From the NCBI RefSeq assembly GCF_009914755.1, contig NC_060927.1: DNA of 64,000 nucleotides; one strand, 5' to 3'. This document shows positions 14,915 to 28,490 of the stretch, one piece after another; position 1 is the first letter of the stretch; every line of letters begins with the position of its first letter. This stretch comes from the human T2T-CHM13v2.0 reference genome, Homo sapiens. The translations under genes were made by a program, and so were the position numbers. The notes beneath the pieces are model-generated. The model ran no database searches. It saw only the letters and a list, made by a program, of their open reading frames with translations, and was not told where the DNA came from.

Positions 14915-15045
14915 TGATAGAATGTTAAAATTGAACAGGATTTGGAAGACTGTCTAATCCAGCCACTTATTTTACAGATAAAACAGAGTACTGCAGAGAT
15001 GAAGTAACTTGCCCTAAGACCCATACCTGGTAAGTAATGAAAGAA
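14915..15045 (-). mobile_element. MIR remnant
   Basis: attttacagataaaacagag..cagagatgaagtaacttgccctaagacccatac core. Confidence 0.65.
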
Positions 15046-15284
15046 AAAGTAAATTACATTTGAACAAATATTTTGAAAAACATGGAAGTTCTCCATAATC
15101 TAGCACTTCAAATATAACCGTAGTTTGGCATATGAATTTTGAAAGTCCTTATTATATACACATAAAAACCAATATTTATATTTTTACTATATATAAAAAT
15201 GGTTCTATAAATGGTTCTTTTATGTATATTTTGTAGAGATAGAATGTCTTATTTTCTCTCTGCTAACACGTGGATGGTATAGAG

Positions 15285-15494
15285 CAGAGGGTTGCAAACT
15301 ATAAGGGGCCAGATAGTGAATACTTAGGCTTTATGGACCCTACAGCTTCTGTTACAGATACTCAACCTTGCTGTTGTGTTGCAAAAGCAGCTCAGGTCAA
15401 AATGTAAACAAATGGTGTGACTACATTCCAATAAAATGAGATTTATAAAAACAGGCAACATTTGTCCTGCAGATTGTAGTTTGCTAATTCTTGG
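15285..15494 (-). mobile_element. MER58A hAT-Charlie MITE
   Basis: aaggggccagatagtgaatacttaggcttt..tactcaac..aaaagcagc..ttccaataaaa..gtagtttgct, i.e. the reverse of MER58A. Confidence 0.85.
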
Positions 15495-15589
15495 AATACA
15501 GAAGGAAAAAAATCAAGTTGATTTAGAAAACAATGAAGCTGAAGGGGAAACATAAAGTTTATCATGGGAGTAGATGGCAGAAACTGAAT

Positions 15590-15740
15590 TGGAGTTTCCA
15601 GTGTTAGCCATGACCTTGGTTAAGGTAGGTAGACTCGCTGGCTTCATGAGTAGAGTGTGAGTACTGATACCCAGATTGCAGGGTTATCTTGAAGATTAAA
15701 TGAAATTATTTATGTAATTTATCTGTTAGTAGGTAAGAAA
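15590..15740 (+). mobile_element. MIR remnant
   Basis: agccatgaccttgg..cagggttatcttgaagattaaatgaaatt. Confidence 0.5.
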
Positions 15741-16759
15741 AGACTTTTTCTTTTGGGATGGGGTAAAAGCAGAATTTATGTATTCACACAGATGAAGCAT
15801 TTGTGTAAGGAAGAAGTGGCCAAATTTACTTTATCTCAACAACTCAAAGACTTACATCATATGGATCCCCTTAAAATTCATGTTTCAAACTGTTGGGAAA
15901 GGTTGTGTAGACATAACTATTACCAGAATGGTCCTGAGTTTTCCTGAGAAAGGATTAACATACTTGGCCTGGAACTTTTGCAATGAAGGAAACATTATAG
16001 TTTAATTCATAGTGATTTGAAAAGATAGAATACTTTTTAGAGGGAAAATCTAATTACAGTGAAAATAAAATTTAATTTATTCATCATTTCCTTCGTTATT
16101 ATTTTGGGAGAAAGATAAATATGTACATACAAATAATAGCAAAGGTAAACATATCAAAGTGTACTGGGAAGAAATAAGGAATTGATGTGATGCTGCTTAA
16201 CTATAAATTTCTTTTATTATAATCATATTTTTATTTAATCTTCCAGTGTATCTATTGGGTAAGTTCAGTTGGTATTTTAAAACAGAATTTCTATAGCAGT
16301 TCCAAATAACTTGATTGCTTTTTTCTAATTGATTTTGAACTTAATGTATTTTTTATGACTTTGTAACTTTGTTTTCTTCTCTGCTTGGTGTAGTTACACA
16401 TTCAGTTGAGTACTTTAAGATTTGAACACAGACAGCTTTCTTGGTATTTTATTTTCCTATTGCTTTTTATTCAGAGCTAGCTGCTTTATCTAAACTTAAA
16501 TGTAAGCTGGAATAATGCTAATTTATTGTTGCAGTTTAATAATAATATGTTGATCCACTAAATTTTATATTTTGGAGAGAAAGGTGTTTTATACTAGTTA
16601 AGTGTTAATAATGACTATGTTTTACAATTTAGAGGAAAAAAGTGATTCAAGTTAATGTTGATTTGTTAGAATAAGTATATGAATTTTTGAAAAAAGAACT
16701 TACCCAACTTAGTAACACAGCATATACTCTAATAAAGTTTAAATAATTAAAACATTTTG

Positions 16760-17415
16760 GCACTGGCATAAGAGTAAAGAATGAAATCAGTAGAACAGCA
16801 CATCTGGAAAAAATCTAAATATTGGAATTTAATATAGAATAAAAGTGGTTTTCAACTTAAGAAAATAATAGTAGAATCAAGAATCAATGATGGGAAACAA
16901 GAATATAGAAGTATAAAATATCTTTATGGCAAAAGATAAATGAAGCTGAAGCATTTTTGTAAATGAAAAATGGAACGTGTTTATATCAATAAATCCATTA
17001 AAATAATATAAATAATTTGGTGGGAAAATAGATTATATTAACTGGATATTCTCAGAAGAAATAGCGACGGCCAGTAAAGAAAATGAAAAAAGTGTTCAAG
17101 CATACTAATATTTAAATACATATAAAAGCTATATTTTGTGTTTTGCCTTTTATTGACAAAATGTAGCCTCAATAATATCCAGCAATGGCAAAGCCATAGG
17201 AAATCTCTACTCTTATTCCTTGTAGATGGGAACGTAGCATGAAATAACTTTTTCTAGTGTGAAATTGACCAGTATCTATTAAAACTTTAATTATAGACAT
17301 TCTATAACCCAACTGCCTCACTTCTCAGAAAATATTCTACAAGGTTACTTAAGTTCACATGATACATGTTCAAAATGTTCACTGTGTATTATAACTGAAA
17401 ATCAAAGCCTGCTTA
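16760..17415 (+). mobile_element. Old L1M ORF2/3' fragment
   Basis: A-rich L1-like text (cactggcataagagta..ctggatattctcagaagaaata..gtagatgggaacgta..). Confidence 0.6.
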
Positions 17416-17419
17416 AATC

Positions 17420-17800
17420 ATGATATGTCAATATAATGAAATATAAGTATTGATACTTGCTATAACCTGGATAAACCTTGAGAACACTATGCTAAGTGAA
17501 AGAAGCCAGTGCAAAAAAACACATATTGTATGATTCTACATATACAAGAAATGTCCGGAATGTGCAAATGTTTAGAGACAGAAAGTGGCTTATTGGTTGC
17601 CTATGTTTGGGGCCAGTAGAGGTGAGATGGGGAGTTACTGCTAATTAGGTATAGGATTTCTTTTTGGGAAAAATTAAAATGTTATCAAATTAGACCATTG
17701 TGACAGTTGCAAAATTCTGTAAATACATGGGAAAATTCAATTGTACATTTTAAATAGGTGAATTTTAGAGTATGTGAATCATGTCTCAAAGGTTTTTTTA
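17420..17800 (+). mobile_element. L1MB-type 3' UTR
   Basis: ggataaaccttgagaacactatgctaagtgaaagaagccag..catattgtatgattc..gagacagaaagt..gtatgtgaat..tctcaa. Confidence 0.85.
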
Positions 17801-19765
17801 AATGCACATGTTCAAAACTAGGAACGACAAAACTTGAGTCATACAACTCATAGAGTTTGTGAAACTCCCCTTTGGCTTTTCAGACGAGAACTGTGTAACT
17901 TAGGACAACTTCTGAGATGCTTCTTAGAGACAAGGAATAATAAAGGGTATCAGTGCTTCAGTTGTCTGGAGTTGAGTCTAAAGATGTAACACCCCCTTTT
18001 GAATAGCCACAGAAGGTTTTCCCCAGCAAATACAATAGAATCTATACCAATGGTGGTACCTGCAATGATTAAAATCATACAAATTGTATTTTGAGGAAAT
18101 TATTTTATTCCCCTCTCAATTTTGCTCTAAAACTTCTGATTCTCTTGATAAGAAAGGTGATTTGAAGGTGTTATGTCTTCTGTATCTCTTTGTAACTGAG
18201 AGATATCAGATTTGAGACTCAGAGCTTTCCTTAAGCCATGCCTTCTAACTTGGACTCAATTACATTGTTTGCTTTCCATCCTATTTCTTTTTATGGGCTA
18301 CCTTCTATTTGAAGTAAGTGAAGCCAATTTAGTATTTATGGCAGTGTCATAATTTGTCGATTTTTAAATGCACATAAGGTAAAAAAACAAAAATGTACAG
18401 GCCTAAATAAAAATATGAAATAAATGTGAGTGAAAAATGCTTCCAATAAGGCAAAATCTATGCCGGTGGAATTTGACTAAAGTTTAAGGAACAACTTAAA
18501 GACTACCACAGTCATAAAATCTTGAGGTTCAAAGGGGTCCGTAGACCTTGTAGTTTGAGACTTTTTTTTTTTTTTTAAAAAAAGATGAGGAAACAGACCT
18601 TGGGATGTTAGGATCTTGCACAGGGTTACCACGGGTTATATTTTCAGACACAGCTTCAAGATAAGAAAAGCACTGGTAGCTCCTCTTAGTCCATATCACT
18701 AAGAGTCTCAGAAGTTGTGGTTTAGGAGAGTCAAATAGAATTAAGCACTACTTTGTGACTTAGCAAGGCTCAGGGAAGACTCTAATTACCAAATGCCAGA
18801 TTCGAATGATCTCCTCATTTCTGATTGCAGTTGAATATTTTTGAACTTTTATTCTCAGGGCAGCCATAGAGACAGAGAAGGGATTACAAAAGTTAAGGAA
18901 GATGGGCAGCGGTGGGTGGATAGAACCTAGCTTGCCTTATTGTAAAAATGCCAAAGCTAATTTTGATGATTGCTTTAGTGATATAATGATAACCAAGATT
19001 AAAGCAAGCAAGCATCCACTTTAGGATATGAGAACTGGAGTTTTAGATTTCATTATAAGATTGCCATCTCAACAAAATAGTAATATAATGGCAATAGATT
19101 TCCATTTTTTCTCCATTTCAGTTGAAATATTATCTCATAAATATACTTTGATACAAAAGAGATCTCTCAATTTTATGGGAGCTCTATTTTATTCTTATGC
19201 TGATTTATCCCCAAAGTATCTTTTTGATATACAGCTTCAATATTCTTGCCAATGTCCATGACATCAGCAATCAAAAATAGCATTTTTAAATGTCTTTTTC
19301 ACATACAGTTGTAAGTTATCCAAAAAAGAACTCCTGCTTAGTGCTCACTGAAACTGTCTTATAGAATTACCGAGAGACAGTTATGGCTTATGTAGCTAAT
19401 TATTCCAAAAGAGTGGCAAAAAATATCCATGAAAGGGGTCAACTTCACCCAGTGCTATTGTGAAATGTAGTTAGGGAAAATAGGAAGAGAGCTAATAAAA
19501 CAACACTAGAAGGAAGTGTGGTTTTTCCAAATTATATTTTTAGGAAACTAAGGTTCTGAGACCATGTAGCTAGAAAATGACAGAGCTCTGTGTCTCTCTG
19601 TTCCACTAGACTCAGAGCCCCACAATTTGAATTCCAGACTAATCCCATATGGGTCAGCTTTCCCAGGCCTCAGAAGTGTTTTACTCATTGATGCTGTTAG
19701 ATGCCAAGGTAGTGATCAAATGTCATAATCCATGAGGTTCATTTAGTTGAACAGGAAGAAAGCAA

Positions 19766-19928
19766 AGAATCTGTGATGCAAATGCCCTACACTAACCCGG
19801 CTTATGTGAGCCACACACATGGAGAATGATGTCAAGGAGTTCGTGCATAGGAGTAAGGCAATGGTGGCCATTGGCTCTGATCCTGATGGAGAAGGAAGTC
19901 ACTATTACCTGGTACACCTCGGGATTTT
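19766..19928 (+). repeat. Copy 1 of local direct duplication
   Basis: Ungapped alignment to 20562-20724; 18 mismatches over the first 149 bp. Confidence 0.95.
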
Positions 19929-20561
19929 TAGATTGGTTAAGTATGCTTCATTTTAAATACGACTCTAGAACTTCATTTTTTTTTTTTCAGTTTCTGGAGT
20001 CACTTCTACATTATTGTGAGATTTTTAAAAAATTGTTATTATTTTAGTTATTAAAACTCCTTGCGAACAACCTGAGATTCTCCTGTTTTGTGTATCATTT
20101 TCTCCTATATCAAGTAGGAATAAATATCACTATGTCACTTTAGTGAAACTCAAGCTTTCTGAAATACAAGTGTTAAAAAACTCGTTATCAGGTTAATAAC
20201 TATGCTTTTCCTCTAGACATTGCATTTAAAAATCTGAATATGTTTTGATAGAGGATAATTTTAAACTTTTTTAGTAGAATAAATGAATCTTTGAAGTCTA
20301 CAAGCAGCACTGACTATAGTTCTGATAGTGTTATACTGATTCAAGCACTGTAAAAGTATTTTCACTAGATGTGCCACATATTCTAGTAAAGTCTTCTGTT
20401 GCTATATATGTGACCATCTAAAAACACTGACCAAGATACAGATACGATTGTTCTACCCAAAGTATGAACAGAATTCATGACTATTTTTCTTATCACAGTG
20501 AGCGGAGACTAAAAGTTCTTCAAATAAATGTGTAGTTGAATGACACTTCGTACCATATCTG

Positions 20562-20724
20562 AGAATCTGGCATGCAAATGCTCTACACTAACCCAACTTA
20601 TGTGGGTCACACACATGAAGAATGATGTCAAAGGGCTCACGCATAGAAGGAAGGCAATGGTGGCCATTGGCTCTGATCCTGATGGGGAAGGAAGCCACTG
20701 TTACCTGGTATATCCTGTGATTTT
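20562..20724 (+). repeat. Copy 2 of local direct duplication
   Basis: Offset 796 bp from copy 1; shares ATGCAAAT and a 35-bp identical core. Confidence 0.95.
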
Positions 20725-21413
20725 AACACTTTGATGACTTTTGTGGTTGTTCTGTAGATGACTCTCTTTTACCAAAAATGAAGATTTTTTTTTTAAAGAA
20801 AGTGGTATTGCTTTCTTCTATGAGTCATTAACTAGTGCAGAAATGTGCATTTTTTTCCAGAAAATGCAAAGAAGAGGAAGTTAGATGGAATATTGAGCAT
20901 GTAGAATAAACAGGTGTTTTTTTCTGAATAACCCAAGATTCCCTTATTACTGTGATGTCTAAAGAAGCTGCTGCCCTTTCATTTTAATGTGAGAGACATA
21001 ATTTCCTTGTATTTTTCAAGGCTGTCAGATCATAAACAAATTGCCTTTGATAAAACATGCTTTCAATTTCTCCAATGTAATATTCAGTTTTCATTTTCAT
21101 AAGAGGTTGTTTATTTTGATGACTTGAATTGGTTGACTAGGATGTCAATGTCTGGTACTCATCAGGAAAGATTGTGGACTGAGTTAAAATTCAGGAGAGC
21201 ATGTGTTACTATCAAATTTATTATCCGTAAATACTTTTCTGTTTTTAATATTTGAGAATCAGGAGTAACAGGCCATTTGAGTAAATAATTTGTGCCCTAT
21301 TCTTCCCTGAAAGTCACTTAGGAATAAAGGCAGTATGGGCAAATCCAGGAGTTTCAACTTCTAGAACTCCTGCTCCTATGTCAGTCGCCTTTGACATTTT
21401 ACTCTCCTGATTC

Positions 21414-21496
21414 TGTGTGTATATGTATGTATGCATATGTGCACACGCACACATAAACACACACACACACACACACACACACACCTTTCTCTCTCT
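21414..21496. repeat. Compound (TG/TA)n-(CA)n-(CT)n microsatellite
   Basis: Pure CA run at about 21457-21484, flanked by degenerate purine-pyrimidine repeats. Confidence 0.9.
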
Positions 21497-21829
21497 TACC
21501 CTGTCATAAGGCAGTTTTCCAAAGAACTTTACATTTTTTAAAAAATCCCCAATTACAAAAATACTATATAAACATTGTAGAAAATTCCAAAAATACAAAA
21601 AAAAAACAGAAAAATAAAATAAAAATTATCTTTGTTAATTGCCATATTATACTCCTTTGTCCTCATCTTATGTAAACCTCACATAATAAGTTATCATCTG
21701 AAAAGCTATTCTCCTGTATCTTGGCTCACCGGTCTGGTCATGTATTCACGGTGCTGAAGCAGAATGACCCAGCCTCCCCTTATGTGGAGTGGTACTGGGC
21801 ATTTCTCTCCAAAGCCCTGCCTCAGTTCC

Positions 21830-22330
21830 AGTCAGCAGTTAAGTAAACAGTGAACTACTACTACATGCTGGATACCATGTTAAGCATTGAAAGCACATAG
21901 CTGAGAAATGCATAGATCCTAACTGGCAGATATAGACTGACATACACCCACTGAGAAGGGCTCCAGAAAAGGGTATGGCTGATCACGGGTGAGCACCTGG
22001 TTGTAGAGAGGGAAGCCTGCCTGGAGAGGTGATTTGAGCGTCCTTGTCATATTAAAGGCAATTGAAACCAGAGGTTGGATGATACTGCCCGAGAGAGTAT
22101 GAAAAACGAAAGTGAGCATGGGACCCAACCTTAATGAAATCACGTTTAAATAAATGAGCTTGCAAAAGAGATTGAAAAGAAGCAGAGAAGTACTTGGAAA
22201 ACTAGAGAATATGATACACAGAGAGCATGAGAAAAGTTCAAGATGGAGGAAGTGGTCCATTGGTTCAGACATTGACAAGAGCTGTTTTATGACGTGATGC
22301 AGGAAAGAAACCAGACTGGAGTGGATGTAG
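21830..22330 (-). mobile_element. L2 remnants
   Basis: gtaaacagtgaactactactacatgctgg..; gagagcatgagaaaagttcaagatggaggaagtggtc..; ccagactggagtgg. Confidence 0.55.
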
Positions 22331-22684
22331 AGGAGTTAGCAACATTTCTACATGCCTTTTATCACATTTTAATGTTTCATTAATTATTTGATGTACAGTT
22401 CTGATGTTTCCATTGCTTAAAACATGGATTCCTTATGTGTATTGACTATGTGTTATCTGTTATCCCTAGTCCTAGTACCATACCTACCCTGTAAAAAGTG
22501 TTCATTAAATATTTCAATGAATAAATCTTCCTTTGCAAACCCCCTTCTCCTCCTATGCTTGCACCACTATTGCCTTCTGGTCTTTCCTTCTTTTTGCTTC
22601 CTGCACTTTATAGGCTGTCAGGTTATATCTGTTCTTTTGCAACATTTACGTCACAGTTTTTGGCTAGAAACAAATTAACTCCTA

Positions 22685-23024
<340 letters not shown>

Positions 23025-24749
23025 AGGATTAAAGTTCAACAGTCAAAAAATCTGTCCCCCTCTCCCACTCTGAGTGTACCTCCCCCACCCACAACCCCTT
23101 TCCCCTTTCATCTGCTTCTCTCTTCCTCCTTCCCTTGCTCTTTTCTAAGAGTTCAAGTTCCATTTTGACCTATCTCAGTTTGTAGAAGACACAAGTTGCA
23201 GAAGTTAAGAATCACTAATCACCATACTTCTCCCATGACAAGATATTTGAAAGATAGTTTGAGGAGGAAAGAAATAGATTTAGAAGGAAACTAAGAAAAC
23301 AAAAAGGGGGGTAATATTGAGGAATAGATAAATTAAATAAAAAGACTTAAATTACACATTCTGTGAGTCTGGTAACTACTGTTCTGGTTAATGACATCAA
23401 GAAAAAATTAACGGAAGTTATGAAATGGGTTGTTAGCTAGTGCTTTCTTCTACTTGTCCATGATGATATTTTAATCCTTAGGTACCCATTAACTAAAAGG
23501 ACTTGACTGGGCTTATATGTCCTATGGTGCAGTCCCTCAGCACAAAGCACTGCCTGGGCTGCTGAAGGATGAATCTGATTGAGGCAAGAAGCACCATCTA
23601 TAATGGAGGCGTCATCTATAATGGCGGCCCTCCTTTCCCTCCTGTAATGCTCAGGGGAAGAGCGGCTTATCTTCAGGATGGCCAATTCTTTATGGTTAGT
23701 ATCAGAAATGAGCCTATCAATCAGCCACATGAGACCTTTAAAGGGGCAATAGGGCCATAAACTTTAAGAAAAAGGCTAGAGATTGCATTCAGCCCTCAAG
23801 CAGATACACAATTACCCTAAACCCAGTTCAGGGCAGGGAGACTAAATCTTCCTCTGAAAAAAAAAAAACACACACACACCTCATGAAGTCAAGACCTCCC
23901 ATACTCATCATGGTTTTTAAAAGCTAAGAGGTAAGAGCAGTTGTCAGACAAATCTTTTCTCTGATAGCTATGCAAAGAGAAGGGTAAGGAAGAAGGAAAG
24001 GGAAGAGAAAGAAGAAAGCAAGCAATTAGGCTAGAGCAGGACTGTGAGAAAGATTTTTTTTTGAGTCTATAAATACTTGTCTGCTTTATGAAATAAACTC
24101 ATTGATATTGAGGGAACTTGAAAAATCCCACTGATTTATTCACTTTGGGCAGAAGTTAAAGAAAATCTCATTTTCATGAGCTTTCCCTCCTATCACTCAG
24201 TTCCCTGGTGACACAGAAAGTAAACCTTCTCTAAGGGCTTTCCCAGACAGTTTGACATTTTGTTGAATTAACTGGCATATATTGTACCAAATTTATATGC
24301 TGGATCATTCCACCCAAGCAAGGAATGATTTCCTATTGAATAGAGTTCTTAGGTCACCAAGAGAACTCTGGAAACTTCCCAGAGTGATCTTGTTCCCAAG
24401 TCTGTCTCAAAAATTCCTCATCTCACTGTCTACCACCTGGATGTAAAGGCAAGAACACTGTAAATCTCAGAGGGAACTGCACCGTAGCTCCTTGTGTATA
24501 CACTGTCACAGCGTTTTATCTGGCATATGTCAAGAACATCTGAAAGCGGAGGGGGAGGCAGGGAAAGTTAGATGAATGAGCAGTCTTTTTGCTGGGACAG
24601 TCGACTCTGTCTTGACCCTTCAGTAGCAAATATTCACATATACAAATGTTGAGACACAAAATGAACAGTACATTATGTGGTGTGGCCTCCATTAGGGGAG
24701 CCCATCTGACCCAATTACTCATATGAACCACACAGTGAGGCTGAATTGT

Positions 24750-25230
24750 CAGTGTAGTTTCCTAGGGCTGTCATGACGAAGTGCCACAAGCTGGGTGGCT
24801 TAAAACAACAGAAATTTGTTGCTTGACAGTTCTGGAGGCTTAGAAGTCTGGAATCAAGGTATCAGGCAAGGCCATGCTCTCTCTGAAACCAGTGGTGGAG
24901 AATCCTTCCTTGGCTCTTCCTAGCTTCTGGTTTTTTGGCAGGAACCTATTGGGTTCCTTGGCTTTGCAACTCTATTACTGCAATCTCTGCCTTCACCAGC
25001 GCATGGCGTTCTCCCTGTGTGTCTCTGTCTTTGCATGGCTCTTATTATAAGACATCAGTCATATTAGATTAGAGGCCCACCCTACTCCAGTGTTATCTCA
25101 TCTGAACTAATTACATCTGCATCAACCCTATTTCCAAATAAGGTCATATTTAGAGGGGTAGGTCTTAAACCTATCTTTTGGGAGGGTAGGAGGGAAGAGC
25201 GAGTGCATACTTGTAATTTAACCCAAAACT
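24750..25230 (-). mobile_element. MLT1C-like MaLR solo LTR
   Basis: tagtttcctagggctg..ggtggcttaaaacaacagaaattt..cagttctggaggc..accctatttccaaataaggtca. Confidence 0.9.
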
Positions 25231-25444
25231 GTGACTATTAGAGATATTTGAAGTCTTAATTGAACAAACTTAAACACAATTTTCTAATTCAGTTCAATAA
25301 GCACTTAACTAGAAATCACTGGTATCAAGGACTCTTAGGTGCTGTTGGAGTTATATGAAATAATCAAAATAAGACCCCCCACCATTGTTTACAGAAATAG
25401 AAAATTATAGTACTTACAATATACAAAATGCAGAGGATACAGTA

Positions 25445-25560
25445 GTGATTAGTAATAATAGTAGCAAATCATTTATATAGCATAGGAATATTTGCCAGAC
25501 ACAATCCCTGAGTGCTTTACATTCCTTTAACCATCATGACAACCCTATGTGGAAAGTTCA
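25445..25560 (-). mobile_element. MIR remnant
   Basis: catttatatagc..tgccagacaca..gtgctttacatt..catgacaaccctatg. Confidence 0.55.
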
Positions 25561-27542
25561 AGGTAAAGCCTGTTTTTTATGGAGCTTACATTCTCAAGGT
25601 ATGTTCAGGTATTTTAGTCCCTGCAGGCATCAGTCACTTCATCTGAAGAATATGATTAAATGAACTCCATGGCCATCTACAACTTTAACATGCCCAGTGT
25701 ACTAGTACTGGTGTCTCTATTGCCTTGTTGTTAAATTTTAGGGAGGATCTAGGTATTGGGGTATTAGCCTTTAAAGCGTAGCCAGAGTGAATTCTTCACA
25801 AGCTCTTGCCTTGCCCTGGGATGCAGCATTGACATTTACCAGACTAGATCTACCATGCTTCTTCTGAGTCTTGAGTGCCACAAAGAGAAACAAGTGCAAA
25901 ATGGAGACACTAAAATGTAAGGATTTAATGGGCTTCTTAAAAATAAAACCATTTAAAAGTAAGCTTCTTGCAAGTTAGGAATTTTTCCTCTTCACTGCTA
26001 CTTCTGCAGTGCTCAGAAGAGAAATTGGCCCATTAGTAGGTGCTCAATAAATATTTATGGAATGAATGAATGTCAGCAATTAGCAGGAAATTTAGATCCA
26101 AAACCCAAATCATACCAGGGAAGACAGGGTGCTAGCTGATTTTGATAATCACAAACAGTTACTTTGGCTGTAAAATTTAAAATATAAACATGCCATGATA
26201 CTTTGGATTTAATCTGAGACTTTGCAGAAACACAACCACACCAGAAGGAGAAGTAATATATCTTTCCCTCCACACCCAAACTAACACTCAATAATCCAAA
26301 CGCCCCATCTAATTTGAGTTGGTTGGTTGTGTGTATGGCATTCCTGCTTGAAACTCCTTCTTGCCAAACGGGAAAAACATGAACAAGAAACTACTGCTTT
26401 GGAAACTTAGTTCTTTTGCTTCCTGTCTAGACCACAAGGTTATATATTCTTTTGTCACAGTATAATCAGTTGGCTGAGAGGAAGGAGAATAGTAATGAAT
26501 TATGGAATGCTGATCAATGGCATGATTAAAAAGGTAAAAGATTCAAATTGGAAAATACTTGGAGGAGAAATTCCGGCCTTATGGTATAAGGAGAGGCGCT
26601 GCTTAAATTGACCTTTCAGCCCAAAGTAATAAAGTAAGTAGTAGGACAGTTGAACATGCCCAGTGTGCTAATATTATTGTCATGCTGTTGTCAAGCTTTA
26701 ATGTGCTACTACTTGGGGTTAAAAAAAAAGCTTCCCAAAGATGCTTGAAAGCCCTCAATGTGATATTTAAATGCTTTTGGGACCTATTATTTTCAAGGCA
26801 AACCATGCTACCTACAAGTGGCATACACTATTTGGAGAATCCACGTGAGGCATAGACAGAAAATGCTGTCTGTTGTCTTTGCCCTGTGGCGGTTCTTATC
26901 TTGAACGATTCTCGTTTCTGTGTTGGTCTTTGCTGCTAGAAGGCTGCGTGATGATAGTGTGCCGAATGTCCCTTAGAGTGTTCTGTTCTGCCTCAGTCCT
27001 CTCATTGCCTCAAAATTTGCAAACTAAAATGTGTTTAATTTAAAAATTAGGAAAATAAGTTTAATAACAATTTGAATCTTAAAACTGGGCAGCTTACAAT
27101 TTCAGCTCAGAAGAGTAAGCATGAAAATGGGAATAAGGACACGTTCTGGAGAGCCAGTCACCGCCTTATGGGGGTGATCTGTGAAGACCCAGTGCTGTTT
27201 GTTAGTAGATGAGAGAGTTCACTCTGTAACCCCATGGTGGAGCTGAGCAACCAGTCACTGTGATGTGAGCCTCAAGATATAAAACAAGAAATGAGGAGCG
27301 ATACCATTTGGGAGGAAAGATCCATTTTTGGGGGAGCACAAATGAACTACTTGATAGCGATAACTGTTGGAAACACAAGATTCCCATACTATTTTAAGAG
27401 CTTCTGGGTTTTCAGATACAAAGAATGGGGCAAATACCATTTGGAGGCCACGGTCTGATGTAAGAACCTCACTGGGTTCTATTGTTTGTGTGAAATTCAG
27501 CAGGCTTAGAAATGGCTTCTATCTACCTACAAGGAGGGTTTC

Positions 27543-27839
<297 letters not shown>

Positions 27840-28234
27840 GGAGGGTTTCATTTTACACTGACCTTTTTTTCCTGCCATTTGAATATTGTCATTTCTTTCT
27901 CCTAAATGAGTATTAGGGAAAACTGAATGAGTAAGACACCCCAGAACAAGAATTCCAAAGTCAAATATCTACAGAAGCCAGGCAAGTGATGTGTGCGTCT
28001 ACAATAATTTGGGAGTAATACAAAGGGAATATCTCAGCCGTAATGAAGCAGAGAAAGCATGACGATCATGAAGGAGGTAACAAGACCAATGCTGTGTGAA
28101 AGTGCAGTTCCGGTGTTCCCACACTGACCTTGCTGACATTTCTCCCACCTTTCTTTCCCTTAATGTGTTTGATCCCTCAATTTTAAAACACAAATTCAAT
28201 GCAGGTCATCACTTGATAATCTCTATGTTAGGAT

Positions 28235-28490
28235 GTTGTCCCAAGGATGCACCTCAGAACATTAGTTCTGCAAGACAGTGAAAGCCTTTCAAAATAGGTT
28301 CCATGGTTGTAACAGTTTGAGAAACAGTGGGTTAAACAGTTAATTAGGTTTCTTTATTGCAGGGTTTCTCAGAACCTTAAATGTGTTACTTATAAGGTAA
28401 ACCTCTAAGAGTATGAAGCATTTCTCAAACTCATCTGACCCTTGGACCCCCTTTCTGTGGATACTTCATCAAAGTACTTTAGAAAACCAT
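28235..28490. mobile_element. hAT-Charlie family fossil
   Basis: aggtttctttattgcagggtttctcagaaccttaa..catttctcaaactcatctgacc; a related reversed piece lies near 31335-31495. Confidence 0.55.

Noticed and set aside
19825-19890. snoRNA reading of the duplicated unit (ATGATGT ... CTGA; ACA/ATA near the end)
   Set aside because: Imperfect C box, no convincing terminal stem, H box not shared by both copies; a snoscan/Infernal search would be needed to revive it
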